The translations under genes and the position numbers were made by a program. Under the pieces are notes generated by a model, which saw only the letters and a list, made by a program, of their open reading frames with translations, was not told where the DNA came from and ran no database searches. Below are positions 10,918-23,534 of a stretch of DNA of 64,000 nucleotides, one piece after another. This DNA comes from Lingula anatina (taxonomy: Eukaryota; Animalia; Brachiopoda): NCBI GenBank assembly GCA_051362555.1, contig CM120648.1, positions 18,658,587 to 18,722,586 of the forward strand. Direction: 5' to 3'. Each line of letters begins with the position of its first letter. The first letter of the stretch is position 1.

Positions 10918-13900
10918 CTTGTGATGATGTATGCACCTTCTTCTTTCTACTGGATGAACCGGTTGCTGAAATCGGCATTTACATGTTAAAATTAGCTGAT
11001 ATAAATAATAATAATCAAAATGCATTTTGATCAAGTGATTATGTAATGTCCTAAATTCATGTGTTAAAATGGGTGATGTAATTATACATTAAAATATGCA
11101 AGTAATCAGAAGCAGTTAACACTGATTGGAAAACATAAAATAAATACATATATTTTAATAAAATCTAAAATTAAATATAATAAATACCTCTTCTTTTAAA
11201 TGGTACATGGCAGGAATGTTCATAGCTAACAAAGAAAATAGCAATACTATATATGAACATATGATGATTACCTTTCCCTGATGTTAACAAATAATATATC
11301 TGTATAAGGATGGGTCCCACTCTACAGTTACTCTTGTAAAGTGTAATCTGCATAACTGAATGACATGCCTCCTCCAGCGGCTACAGGGTACTGAACTTGC
11401 ATGTGTGCTCAGATTAATTACCTCCTAGGTGTTGAAGAAGGCAAGTCACACAGTAAAGGTATAAGGATCTCACACAGAGTTGTACCAACCCAACTTAATG
11501 TAATAGGCTGTGTTTCCCTGTATAAGGATCTAAGAGATTGCATTCTTTTAATTTTAATTTCAATATTTCTCTCAATATGATAATTTATATTGTTTTACTT
11601 ACAACTTTAAAACAGATGTATTAGAATATATATGCAATAAGCACCTGTTCTTAAGCCCGTTTCATGACTAGAATCTGTAGCTTGCACGTCTTCATGCCTA
11701 GTATAGATGGAGGTGGATTCTGCATTACTATCATTCCTAGGATAGATGGAGGTGGATTCTGCATTACTATCATTCCTAGTATAGATGGAGGTGGATTCTG
11801 CATTACTATCATTCCTAGTATTCATGGAGGTGGATTCTGCATTACTATCATTCCTAGTATTCATGGAGGTGGATTCTGCATTACTATCATTCCTAGTATA
11901 GATGGAGGTGGATTCTGCATTACTATCATTCGTAGTATTCATGGAGGTGGATTCTGCATTACTATCATTCCTAGTATAGATGGAGGTGGATTCTGCATTA
12001 CTATCATTCCTAGTATTCATGGAGGTGGATTCTGCATTACTATCATTCCTAGTATTCATGGAGGTGGATTCTGCATTACTATCATTCCTAGTATTCATGG
12101 AGGTGGATTCTGCATTACTATCATTCCTAGTATAGATGGAGGTGGATTCTGCATTACTATCATTCGTAGTATTCATGGAGGTGGATTCTGCATTACTATC
12201 ATTCCTAGTATAGATGGAGGTGGATTCTGCATTACTATCATTCCTAGTATTCATGGAGGTGGATTCTGCATTACTATCATTCCTAGTATTCATGGAGGTG
12301 GATTCTGCATTACTATCATTCCTAGTATAGATGGAGGTGGATTATGCATTACTATCATTCCTAGTATAGATGGAGGTGGATTATGCATTACTATCATTCC
12401 TAGTATGGATGGAGGTGGATTCTGCATTACTATCATTCCTAGTATAGATGGAGGTGGATTCTGCATTACTATCATTCCTAGTATTCATGGAGGTGGATTC
12501 TGCATTACTATCATTCCTAGTATTCATGGAGGTGGATTCTACATTACTATCATTCCTAGTATAGATGGAGGTGGATTCTGCATTACTATCATTCCTAGTA
12601 TTCATGGAGGTGGATTCTGCATTACTATCATTCCTAGTATAGATGGAGGTGGATTCTGCATTACTATCATTCCTAGTATTCATGGAGGTGGATTCTGCAT
12701 TACTATCATTCCTAGTATAGATGGAGGTGGATTCTGCATTACTATCATTCCTAGTATAGATGGAGGTGGATTCTGCATTACTATCATTCCTAGTATAGAT
12801 GGAGGTGGATTCTGCATTACTATCTTTCTTAGTATTCATGGAGGTGGATTCTGCATTACTATCATTCCTAGTATTCATGGAGGTGGATTCTGCATTACTA
12901 TCATTCCTAGTATTCATGGAGGTGGATTCTGCATTACTATCATTCCTAGTATTCATGGAGGTGGATTCTGCATTACTATCATTCCTAGTATAGATGGATG
13001 TGGATTCTGCATTACTATCATTCCTAGTATAGATGGAGGTGGATTCTGCATTACTATCATTCCTAGTATAGATGGAGGTGGATTCTGCATCACTATCATT
13101 CCTAGTATAGATGGAGGTGGATTCTGCATTACTATCATTCCTAGTATTCATGGAGGTGGATTCTGCATTACTATCATTCCTAGTATAGATGGAGGTGGAT
13201 TCTGCATTACTATCATTCCTAGTATAGATGGAGGTGGATTCTGCATTACTATCATTCCTAGTATTCATGGAGGTGGATTCTGCATTACTATCATTCCTAG
13301 TATTCATGGAGGTGGATTCTGCATTACTATCATTCCTAGTATTCATGGAGGTGGATTCTGCATTACTATCATTCCTAGTATTCATGGAGGTGGATTCTGC
13401 ATTACTATCATTCCTAGTATAGATGGAGGTGGATTCTGCATTACTATCATTCCTAGTATTCATGGAGGTGGATTCTGCATTACTATCATTCCTAGTATAG
13501 ATGGAGGTGGATTCTGCATTACTATCATTCCTAGTATTCATGGAGGTGGATTCTGCATTACTATCATTCCTAGTATTCATGGAGGTGGATTCTGCATTAC
13601 TATCATTCCTAGTATAGATGGAGGTGGATTCTGCATTACTATCATTCCTAGTATTCATGGAGGTGGATTCTGCATTACTATCATTCCTAGTATAGATGGA
13701 GGTGGATTCTGCATTACTATCATTCCTAGTATTCATGGAGGTGGATTCTGCATTACTATCATTCCTAGTATTCATGGAGGTGGATTCTGCATTACTATCA
13801 TTCCTAGTATAGATGGAGGTGGATTCTGCATTACTATCATTCCTAGTATTCATGGAGGTGGATTCTGCATTACTATCATTCCTAGTATAGATGGAGGTGG

Positions 13901-15979
13901 ATTCTGCATTACTATCATTCCTAGTATTCATGGAGGTGGATTCTGCATTACTATCATTCCTAGTATAGATGGAGGTGGATTCTGCATTACTATCATTCCT
14001 AGTATTCATGGAGGTGGATTCTGCATTACTATCATTCCTAGTATTCATTGAGGTGGATTCTGCATTACTATCATTCCTAGTATTCATGGAGGTGGATTCT
14101 GCATTACTATCATTCCTAGTATTCATGGAGGTGGATTCTGCATTACTATCATTCCTAGTATAGATGGAGGTGGATTCTGCATTACTATCATTCCTAGTAT
14201 TCATGGAGGTGGATTCTGCATTACTATCATTCCTAGTATAGATGGAGGTGGATTCTGCATTACTATCATTCCTAGTATAGATGGAGGTGGATTCTGCATT
14301 ACTATCATTCCTAGTATTCATGGAGGTGGATTCTGCATTACTATCATTCCTAGTATAGATGGAGGTGGATTCTGCATTACTATCATTCCTAGTATAGATG
14401 GAGGTGGATTCTGCATTACTATCATTCCTAGTATTCATGGAGGTGGATTCTGCATTACTATCATTCCTAGTATAGATGGAGGTGGATTCTGCATTACTAT
14501 CATTCCTAGTATTCATGGAGGTGGATTCTGCATTACTATCATTCCTAGTATAGATGGAGGTGGATTCTGCATTACTATCATTCCTAGTATTCATGGAGGT
14601 GGATTCTGCATTACTATCATTCCTAGTATTCATTGAGGTGGATTCTGCATTACTATCATTCCTAGTATTCATGGAGGTGGATTCTGCATTACTATCATTC
14701 CTAGTATTCATGGAGGTGGATTCTGCATTACTATCATTCCTAGTATAGATGGAGGTGGATTCTGCATTACTATCATTCCTAGTATTCATGGAGGTGGATT
14801 CTGCATTACTATCATTCCTAGTATAGATGGAGGTGGATTCTGCATTACTATCATTCCTAGTATAGATGGAGGTGGATTCTGCATTACTATCATTCCTAGT
14901 ATTCATGGAGGTGGATTCTGCATTACTATCATTCCTAGTATAGATGGAGGTGGATTCTGCATTACTATCATTCCTAGTATTCATGGAGGTGGATTCTGCA
15001 TTACTATCATCTACATAAGAACAAATACATGTACTTTATTACCAAACATTACATTTAAACCACTTTCATTATAATTAAATTTCATACCTATGAACAACTG
15101 GCTGTCGTTTCCAGCCAATTCTTTGATACCCTCTACTGCAGTTTCTCCAATTATCTCTATTACCTGATCAGTATAAACATACAGAGATATATGTATATAT
15201 AAAATATGCCTCCTGGTGATTGGACATTCCAATAGGGCATGTCTGTGAAACTCAGTGTCGACGTATTCATATTCACAGAGTCAGTCTAAGTTAATTACTC
15301 TACTTAATATCATCTTGATGTTCTTAAAGCAATTAAATATAAAACGAAGTTAGCCATTGTGCAATTTAATATACAAATTCATTTTTTTTAAATAAATAAC
15401 AAAATAACACCTTCTTCTTCCACTCTGACAGTGGACTGGGCCCCACACCACCACCTGTCTGCCGCATTGCTGCACGGCGTTTGGCCTCTTTGCGCTTAGT
15501 GCGAGACGTGAGGTCATGCCATTTTTTCCTGACCTCTCGGAAACTCCTCTTTATATGTGAAACACTGTTAACTCTAAAAGGAAAGCATTCATAATTTTGA
15601 TAAAAAAAATATATAAGAATCACCACTTTATTGCTTCATCATACTGTGCATGACCATGTCAAGATGTGTTAATAGAGAGCAATTACAATTACTTTTATTG
15701 AATAACTACAACAACATACCAAACTAAATCATCAATAAGCAATAATTAAATATAATGGATATAATTTTAACATGGCAAAACAGACTACGATTAACAGAAA
15801 AGGACTGTTAATCATAATTATTCAACTTACTTTTCGGCAACTTCAGCCCATTGTTTTTCTTTGGACTTTAGAGTCACGGTGTTGGTGAAGGGGCTAAATA
15901 CTGTAGGTCTACACGAGACCTCCTCCACCAACACCGCGAGCTCATCGGTTTTATAACGCTCCCTGCTGTGTTTCTCCAT
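10918..15979 (-). CDS. Myb/SANT-like DNA-binding protein (Harbinger accessory, MSANTD/NAIF1-like) with a giant repeat exon containing premature stops; 3' exons not in the window
   Basis: Exons 15979-15831, 15573-15411, 15163-15088, 15010-11645 and 10965-10918 splice in phase. Translation: MEKHSRERYKTDELAVLVEEV..KEKQWAEVAEKVNSVSHIKRSFREVRKKWHDL..RQTGGG..VIEIIGETAVEGI, a typical trihelix Myb_DNA-bind_5 pattern. In-frame TAA at ~12381 and ~12342. Confidence 0.8.
11697..15010. repeat. 39-bp minisatellite, ~85 near-identical copies, two main variants
   Basis: Unit ATGGAGGTGGATTCTGCATTACTATCATTCCTAGTA(TTC/TAG). The minus strand encodes NDSNAESTS(MN/IY)TR. Confidence 0.98.
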
Positions 15980-17188
15980 TTCACGTGCGATTTACTATCG
16001 TCCCTCAAAACAAAAAAGAACCGCTAGGCGTATGTATGCGTGTGTTCGAGACTATAATTGTACTTCCGGACAGGCATTTATTGCGTTGCGTTTGCTAAGG
16101 CTTCGAGATATCAGGTGGGTGCAATCGCACTAGCAAATAGCGCACGCTAGCTATGCTATAGCGCGTGCGCAACATAGCGATCCTTTCGAGATTCTGAGCC
16201 CAGCTCTCTCCAACACTACGGTCCTGGCAACAAACACAGCAGACACATCAAAGCCGAATACGTCCTCACCTGTCCCGATGGCAATCACAGTGCTATCCCC
16301 GGGACAAAGTCCAATCCGGAGACCAATCGCAACGAGCAAGGCTCACTCAAGACGATCGACACAAATGTCTCTCTAACGAAGCCTAATAAGCACTTTGTGT
16401 ATCTTTACGTACAGGTAACTATCAGTCGTTACGATGATAAATTGACGATTACTTTGAGATCTCACCTTGTAGAAGGGTGTGACTGGTTGAAAATCCGTTC
16501 CCTCCCATACGGTGGATGGAATGTGCTATTGTTCAACTGAGAAGTACAGTCACCGTTTGTTTGCTATCTACCCAAGATCTCCGTAAAGTTCAAAAGATCG
16601 TCAATATCGTTGAAAACAGGAAAAGCTGAATCCTGTCGACTGCGCCATTTGTAACCGAGTATCACAACAAACATCGACTGAATCTCAGAAGAATCAGCTT
16701 CTTTATTCCTGTACATACATACATGCCAACGTGACAGTGTGAGTAAAAATAACTCAAGAATACTGTTGAGCGGGTAATTTATATTTCCCGCTCACGTGAC
16801 TAACAAAGCACACGTGACCGCCAAAAGGGCAGTGTTGTAGATAAAGTAATAAAACTTGCTGGTTCAATTTTTTTTTATTATTATTTCACAGTTTTACATT
16901 ACTTCCACGTGTGTGTATCACAACTCCGCATGGATTTCCCTCTCTAACATGGAAAACACGTGTGCCAATAAACATGTTAGAACTCCGCATGGAGTACACA
17001 CTCTCCAACCTTTTAGAACTACTCACTTTTTTTACACTAGAGGGACCCACTGTATAGTCACCTCTAACACAATTGGTTTCACCATACAACAATATTTTAC
17101 AGGCGGGAATGCTTTCGTAATGTTTCACCCTATTACATGTGTACTGTGTACCTTGATAACCCTAGCTGTCTCTTCCATGTCTCCCAGC

Positions 17189-17228
<40 letters not shown>

Positions 17229-17234
17229 GTGTAC

Positions 17235-18343
17235 CTTGATAACTCTAGCTGTCTCCTCCATGTCTCTCAGATCAGCTACTGTGTACACATGGTTAGACTC
17301 AGGTGCCGGAGATAACTTGTTACACTCTGCGATGACCTGAAGCCGTTATTATGGCAAAAATGCAACAGACACTCAACTGTTCAAATTGCAATACCAATAA
17401 GTAAATTACAGAGCAGCTTTTGTAAAGGAAAATAAAACCGTTAATTTTTTAAACAATGTTTATTCGAAAGAAATGGAGGCAAAGCGCTAAAAGCATTAGA
17501 TTCAAAGATTCAGTATTGGAACAATACAAAATGCAATGCAAAATCGTTAATAAAGCATATTTTCTAAGATACGAAGTTCAAAGCTGTTATTTGAAGGTTG
17601 ACCTTCCCTCACGTGTCTTAATTTATTACCGGTAACTGACCTTTTTTAGGAGGTTTTCTCTGCGCGCCGTCAAAACAATGTTTGCTCCCATCTTGGCGAA
17701 ATGATACGCCACCTGTTCTCCAATTCCAGAGGACGCCCCGGTAATGAGCACTCTCTTGCCTCTCACCATGGCTGTGATAAAACCGATATGCTTATATCAG
17801 CCTATTATCATTTTGATTTCTGTTATAAATCTGGAAATTTAATAAAGCACTGGTATTTTTTTTTAATTCATGTGTAAAGGCAAAGTTTCATGTGGCTTTA
17901 TCTTGGGCAGACGAAGTAGATTGTGTTTATGATTTTGAAGGCAAGGAAAGAAATGGTACGAAATTCATGCGTTAGCACTCCTTTTTGCGGTTATAAATAT
18001 GTGTTTTCTGGTTGTGTTTACGTTATTTAGTGCAGAGAGAGAGAGAGAGAGAGAGAGAGTGGTGCACAAAATATGATCGACTTTAGTTTTTTCAGCATCA
18101 CCAAACTAAGTTGGTCTAACTAAAGTCATTAATCGTTTACGCACACACAGATTACAAATATCAGGCCCATTTCAACCGTGTAGAGTACAGTAGACTATAT
18201 GAACATGTACATCAGACTTAGATAAGGACCTGCAAAGACCGTTCATGCTCACCGGGATCAAAATCATCCACGTAGAGGGTGGCGATGTAGACGGCAGTCG
18301 CAGTGAGGAGGACAGCAACCAGTGTTTTTGTCTTGGAACCCAT
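17235..18343 (-). CDS. HSD11B1L: Short-chain dehydrogenase, 11-beta-hydroxysteroid dehydrogenase 1-like; first three coding exons only
   Basis: Exons 18343-18253, 17771-17641 and 17336-17235 give MGSKTKTLVAVLLTATAVYIATLYVDDFDPAMVRGKRVLITGASSGIGEQVAYHFAKMGANIVLTARRENLLKKVIAECNKLSPAPESNHVYTVADLRDMEETARVIK. This shows a signal anchor, DDFDP and the TGxxxGxG Rossmann motif. The catalytic YxxxK exons are not seen in the window. The ORF track misses this gene. Confidence 0.85.
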
Positions 18344-19495
18344 GTTGAATTATTTCTCACGTCCAGTTCTCAAACAAAGAGCATACCAGTACGCGATATT
18401 CTGCATCCCTGAGTGACCTTTTAACGGCCTACTCCCCGTTCTATCAGTAGCATTGAGACCTATCGTTATTAAACTGTGAACAGAGCATTATTTATCAGGT
18501 CAGGTTAGTACATAAGATAACAGGTACGTGTGAGGTACACTGGCTGGCAGGAGTCTAAAGTCGATAATACTGAGGGCTCGTACAATTGGGGGGGGATAAG
18601 ACAGGGTCTGCTGTGTTAAATCTTATATAAGCACATTCAACTGAAACATTTATCATACATATTATTTGGATATTTATATTTTTATAATGAATACTGCGGA
18701 TATTAAGAGGACACGAGACATTCACTTACACTTAACATTTAAAAGGTTAAATAAATAAGACTGAAGTAGCCTATACATGTGGCTAGAAACAAACGGTGGT
18801 ATGGAAGTGTTAGGTGATCATCATGTACGTGTTGCGTACACACACAGACACTTGTCTTGTGCGTTCTTGTTTATGTTTTCTGGTTCAGACAGGACAGGTG
18901 GTAATTAAGGGGATATGTATAGACAGTTCAAAATGAGAGAACGATGTTATACACAGTCTCCAAGCATTTGATTATGAAGAACTATAAACCTTTTTCAAAT
19001 TCATAATAGAAGTCGCATGATCTTATATACCATCAAATATAATGTTTATTTTTTACCGTCCCGAATCCAAAATCATCTCAGAATCCAATCCATCATTGTG
19101 ATTATATTGATTAACTTTTCTCCGAATATGTTCTGGCTGCGCAAAAAATAGATTTGAAGACCTTTTGGGACATGAGTTAACGCAGTATTTCACAATCAAT
19201 ATTATTTTAATAAAGTAGATGCCGATAATTCCCATTACTCTAGCTCTGTTACTAATGAGAAACTCCATTCTGAATTTGATAAAAATAATGGTTAACAGTA
19301 CCCCTCATAAGATAGGAGTAATTTACATTCAAAAATAAGCTGTTTAATAGATTCTACCGCTTTCATACAAAAGTTACACAATTTACTGCATTATATACAC
19401 GTCTTACTAACACCTGTACATATGATGGCCTTACTCAAAAAATCAACACAACAAATCACCGCTTCTTATTCACTGGTGACTGTTACTTACTAATA

Positions 19496-19868
19496 TTACA
19501 CACACACACACACACACACAGTACACACACACAGTACACACACACAGTACACACAAACACACACACAGTACACACACACACATACACACACACACAGTAC
19601 ACACACACAGTACACACAAACACACACACACACACAGTACACACAAACACACACACAGTACACACACACAGTACACACACACACACACACAGTACACACA
19701 CACAGTACACACAAACACACACACACACACACACACACACAGAACACACACAGAACACACAAACACACACACACACACACAGTACACACAAACACACACA
19801 CACACACAGTACACACACACACACTCTTTTATGTGTCCATCTGACAGCCGAAAAGCACTGTGTGTGTG

Positions 19869-19900
<32 letters not shown>
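19496..19900. repeat. Interrupted (CA)n compound microsatellite followed by a (TG)n tract
   Basis: CA runs punctuated by GTA/AAA at 19496-19822; TG run at ~19860-19900. Confidence 0.95.
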
Positions 19901-19902
<2 letters not shown>

Positions 19903-20999
19903 CGACAACATAGGTCACTTACGCTGTTGTGAATACAGTGTACTACTAGGAAATAATGGTGATGACGAAGGGGGGGGGGGCACTTATTCCAAGGATCAGC
20001 AAGTGATGACGATCTAGAGGATGAACATCAAGAAAAGCAGCATCATCTTGTAACAAAAAAGTGCTCAATTTGTAAAATAAAACTATAAACACATGTCGGG
20101 GTTCTTGAAGAGGCTGTTTAATATGTTTTGGCATTATGTCACACTGTAAGTAAGTTAAACAAAGTTAGGGTATAGTTTCAAATTCAGTACTTTTCGGTCA
20201 ATCATATTGGACACGTGTACTCAGTTCAGTTATGGACCAGGTGATGAATAGTTTGCTTCTTTCTCTCATTTTTAACAAAATTCAGGTCAAAACAAAGCTT
20301 CACAAATCATTGCGATATCATTTATTGTTACTAGTAACAAATACAGTCATTGGTTTCATGCGGGTGTCAATGTTGTACTTGTAGACCCGTGATTTGCTGA
20401 CTCAAGATCGTCATCATGATGAATTGCTGAAAAACAAGGAAAATGTACAGTATGAAATATTATGAATATATATATATTATGATAGCCATCTTGCTGTTTA
20501 GAAAAACTATTTAAAAGGATAGCACCAGTATTGAGAACACCAGTGGGATTGGTTAAGTGCAGTATTTCCTGTCAGCAATCAAATCCTCCGAAAGTAGAAA
20601 TGTTTCCTCAAATGCAAATTGAGGATGCAAAAATATTTTTTTGGTAGAAATATGAATCTTTTGAATAAATTCTCTCTCCATTCAATTCCAGATCAATCAT
20701 TTATGCGTTCTACTAAAACAATAAATATTCATCATAATCCCTGTGTTGATCTTTTTTTTAATTCTTAAATTAGGCTCAAATGCATTTATAACGATCAACT
20801 AAAATTACACATGTAGATATAAAACACCCACGCTTTCAGCAAAGCGCCTTTTCCAGGGACTGTTTAAGCATAATTTTAACATTAAAGCCACCTACAGTCA
20901 CAATCATCATCAAAATGGAAGGACCTCCTTATCTCTCGAGAATGCATAAATAAATATCCAAACAGCGCACCTGAAATTAAGAATACATAATTCGCATGT

Positions 21000-21175
21000 T
21001 AGCGACATTATGATAGGCTCCAACAAACATATGCTTGTGGCGTTATGATAGGCTCTTACAAATATATTAGCGGCATTATGATAGGCTCTTACAAATGTGT
21101 GAGCGACATTATAATAGGCTCTTATACACATGTTAAAGAAATTATGATAGGCTCTAAGAAACATTATAATAGACT
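21000..21175. repeat. Degenerate ~33-bp tandem repeat, ~5-6 copies
   Basis: Recurring CATTATGATAGGCTCTTA core. Confidence 0.75.
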
Positions 21176-22830
21176 TTAATGATCACTGGGAGGGTCTACA
21201 GTCTATCGGATATTTAGCTGCTATGCCCCGATATTCAACCAGATCCAAAAATAAAAACAAGGCAGCAAAGCTGTCCAATACACAGACAGAAATCAGAAAA
21301 TAATAATTCACAACATTTTAATTTTAACAATAAACTATATAATTTCCAGAAAAGTTGACAGGTTTTTCAATTGTAGCTGTATTTTAGTCCTATGTTACCT
21401 TTCTGTAAGTTTGAGAAGAGTAAGTGACATGGTTTTCCTTTAATGGTCACTATGGGGGCAGTGCCCACTTAATTTTTGATACAAAATTACATAATGCTTA
21501 ACAGCATACTGACCATCAATTTTAAATAATAAAATAAAAGTACATGAATATTCAGAAAATGGAAGTTCAGAGTCACACCTTGAAAATGCCAAAATGTAAA
21601 CTGTGATGAAATGAGTTTATTTCCATTTTCAACATCTTTTTACATAAAACAAAATAATTATTTTACTGTCATTTTTAAAAGATCATCTAAGAAAATTGTT
21701 GACATAGGGAAAATATCAATATTAAATGTCCATTGCTGCATTCTGAGATTCTGAAGGTAAATGATTGAATCTGACAAACTGCTATGATATGAGTTTATTT
21801 CCGTTTTTAACACTTTACTACACAATATACAATAACAGGTTTACCACCATTTTTATGTAATCAACTAACAATATTTTTAAGATGGAGAAAATATCAAAGG
21901 AACACTTGTGCATATCTAATTAGTTTAAAAAAATGAGACTGTTAACATGCCTAAGACTTAACTCTGAGGCAGAAAACACTCCTGTCAAATAAAAAAAAAA
22001 AAAAAAAAAAAAGGGCATAACTTCACCATAACTTTTTTTTTCAAACTGGATCTGTATTTCAGTATTTCAGTGAGATTGATTGATTGATGAGTTGTAAGAC
22101 AATAGGCTTTTCAGATTGCCTTGAAATGTGGTATCAGTGTTGCATATGTGCTGAAAAAAGAAATATATATATACATATAACTTTTGTAAAAATGGTTCGA
22201 TCAAGCTGATTTTAAAACTCCACCTGTATTTTAGTAAGATTGTTCACTCCTGCACTCCTGTGAATTTCACGACAATAAGCCAATTTAAAACCTTTGGACT
22301 GTGGAATTTATTTGAGTCATACAAGCTACTAGTAGCAGTGGTTTATATGCATTATTGGGAATCCACGCTTCACCAAAAAAATAAATCACTCCATCAACCA
22401 TAAAATAGCTTTAAACTACTCATTGCTTTAACTTTTCGGTCATAAATTTAACCTACTTGACAGTATCTGACCTAATTATCTACACTCTTCATATACAGCA
22501 GAGAAAGCTAGCAGCAAAATCTGTTCAAATATCATTTTTCGGTGAATATTAAGCAATGTCTTTTGGTAATTTTCTTGATTATACTATTTGACACTATCTG
22601 CTGGCATTAGGTTGGCTTTTGTGGCAAAAATTTACCTCGTATATGTATGCATATTTAAAAGTATTTGTCTTCCTATAAATTGTGATGGTGCTTTGTAAGT
22701 TAATGTTTCATGAAATCCTTCCTTAGATACTTTGTATTGTGGTTGAAGGAATCTGTGAAGGAACAGATTAATATAAACAATACATTTATATAATATTGTA
22801 TTTCTGGTCTTAAATTCCCCGTTGGTCTTC

Positions 22831-22861
<31 letters not shown>

Positions 22862-23206
22862 GATTTTCTTTCTGCATTCGTCATGATAGACGCAAACGTG
22901 GCGCTCTGTTCCTGCGCCAAACCTGATAACCTTCCCCTTTACCGGCACTACCAATGTTGTCTACCTATATTTTCCATTCAAGTTTCGATCTGCTGTCGGG
23001 ACCCACATCATGTTAAACCAGGCATGGTTCTTAGTAGTTCTATACATGTTTCCACATAACAAGGACTGAACACATGCTGATATACACTGTAGATCCTGTG
23101 GCACAACCATCTGTATACATGCATTTAGGCATATTTTTATGTAACTGGGTGTTTATGTGAATCACTATCATTCAGTTCATGTACACTTTGGGTTAAAACA
23201 CAAACT

Positions 23207-23232
23207 AATGCACACACGCACATACAAACACA

Positions 23233-23286
<54 letters not shown>

Positions 23287-23463
23287 GGGGAGTGAGAGAG
23301 AGAGCATTACAATCACCTGTCCTCTTCTTCACTGGAGCAGCTGGAAAAAATGTGATAAACATTTTATAAAACAAAATAACTGTTGAATCGCTTCAAGAGA
23401 TTCCAGTCGAAACTTTCTTTTTTTCTCTCTCTCTCTCCCTCCCTCTCTCTCTCTCTCTCCCTC

Positions 23464-23532
<69 letters not shown>
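23207..23532. repeat. Microsatellite cluster: (CA)n(GA)n ... (CT)n(GT)n
   Basis: Visible dinucleotide tracts at ~23210-23300 and ~23420-23532; the second is the reverse-complement arrangement of the first. Confidence 0.9.

Positions 23533-23534
<2 letters not shown>

Larger units (their letters stand above)
10907..16200. mobile_element. Right part of a PIF/Harbinger-type transposon carrying the Myb/SANT gene; the rest is presumably left of the window
   Basis: A Myb/SANT gene starts ~220 bp inside a terminus reading GGCTCAGAATCTCGAAAGGATCGCTAT (minus strand from 16200), followed by CAG. The terminus resembles the TIR of the MITE ending at ~25507. Confidence 0.6.

Noticed and set aside
11664-14051. 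795-aa plus-strand ORF (GGGFCITIIPSI)n and the other short ORFs in the array
   Set aside because: These are antisense or alternate-frame products of the 39-bp repeat; splice sites and flanking exons support only the minus-strand frame.
11697-15010. CRISPR-like array (also considered for the 55-, 70- and 81-bp arrays)
   Set aside because: The units are contiguous with no unique spacers, there are no cas genes, and the context is eukaryotic.
18960-19100. Weak similarity to ~25600-25730
   Set aside because: Short, AT-rich and diverged; probably an old dispersed repeat with no definable boundaries.
19470-19911. Cys/Val-rich ORFs resembling metallothionein or keratin-associated proteins
   Set aside because: They are translations of the CA/TG microsatellite.
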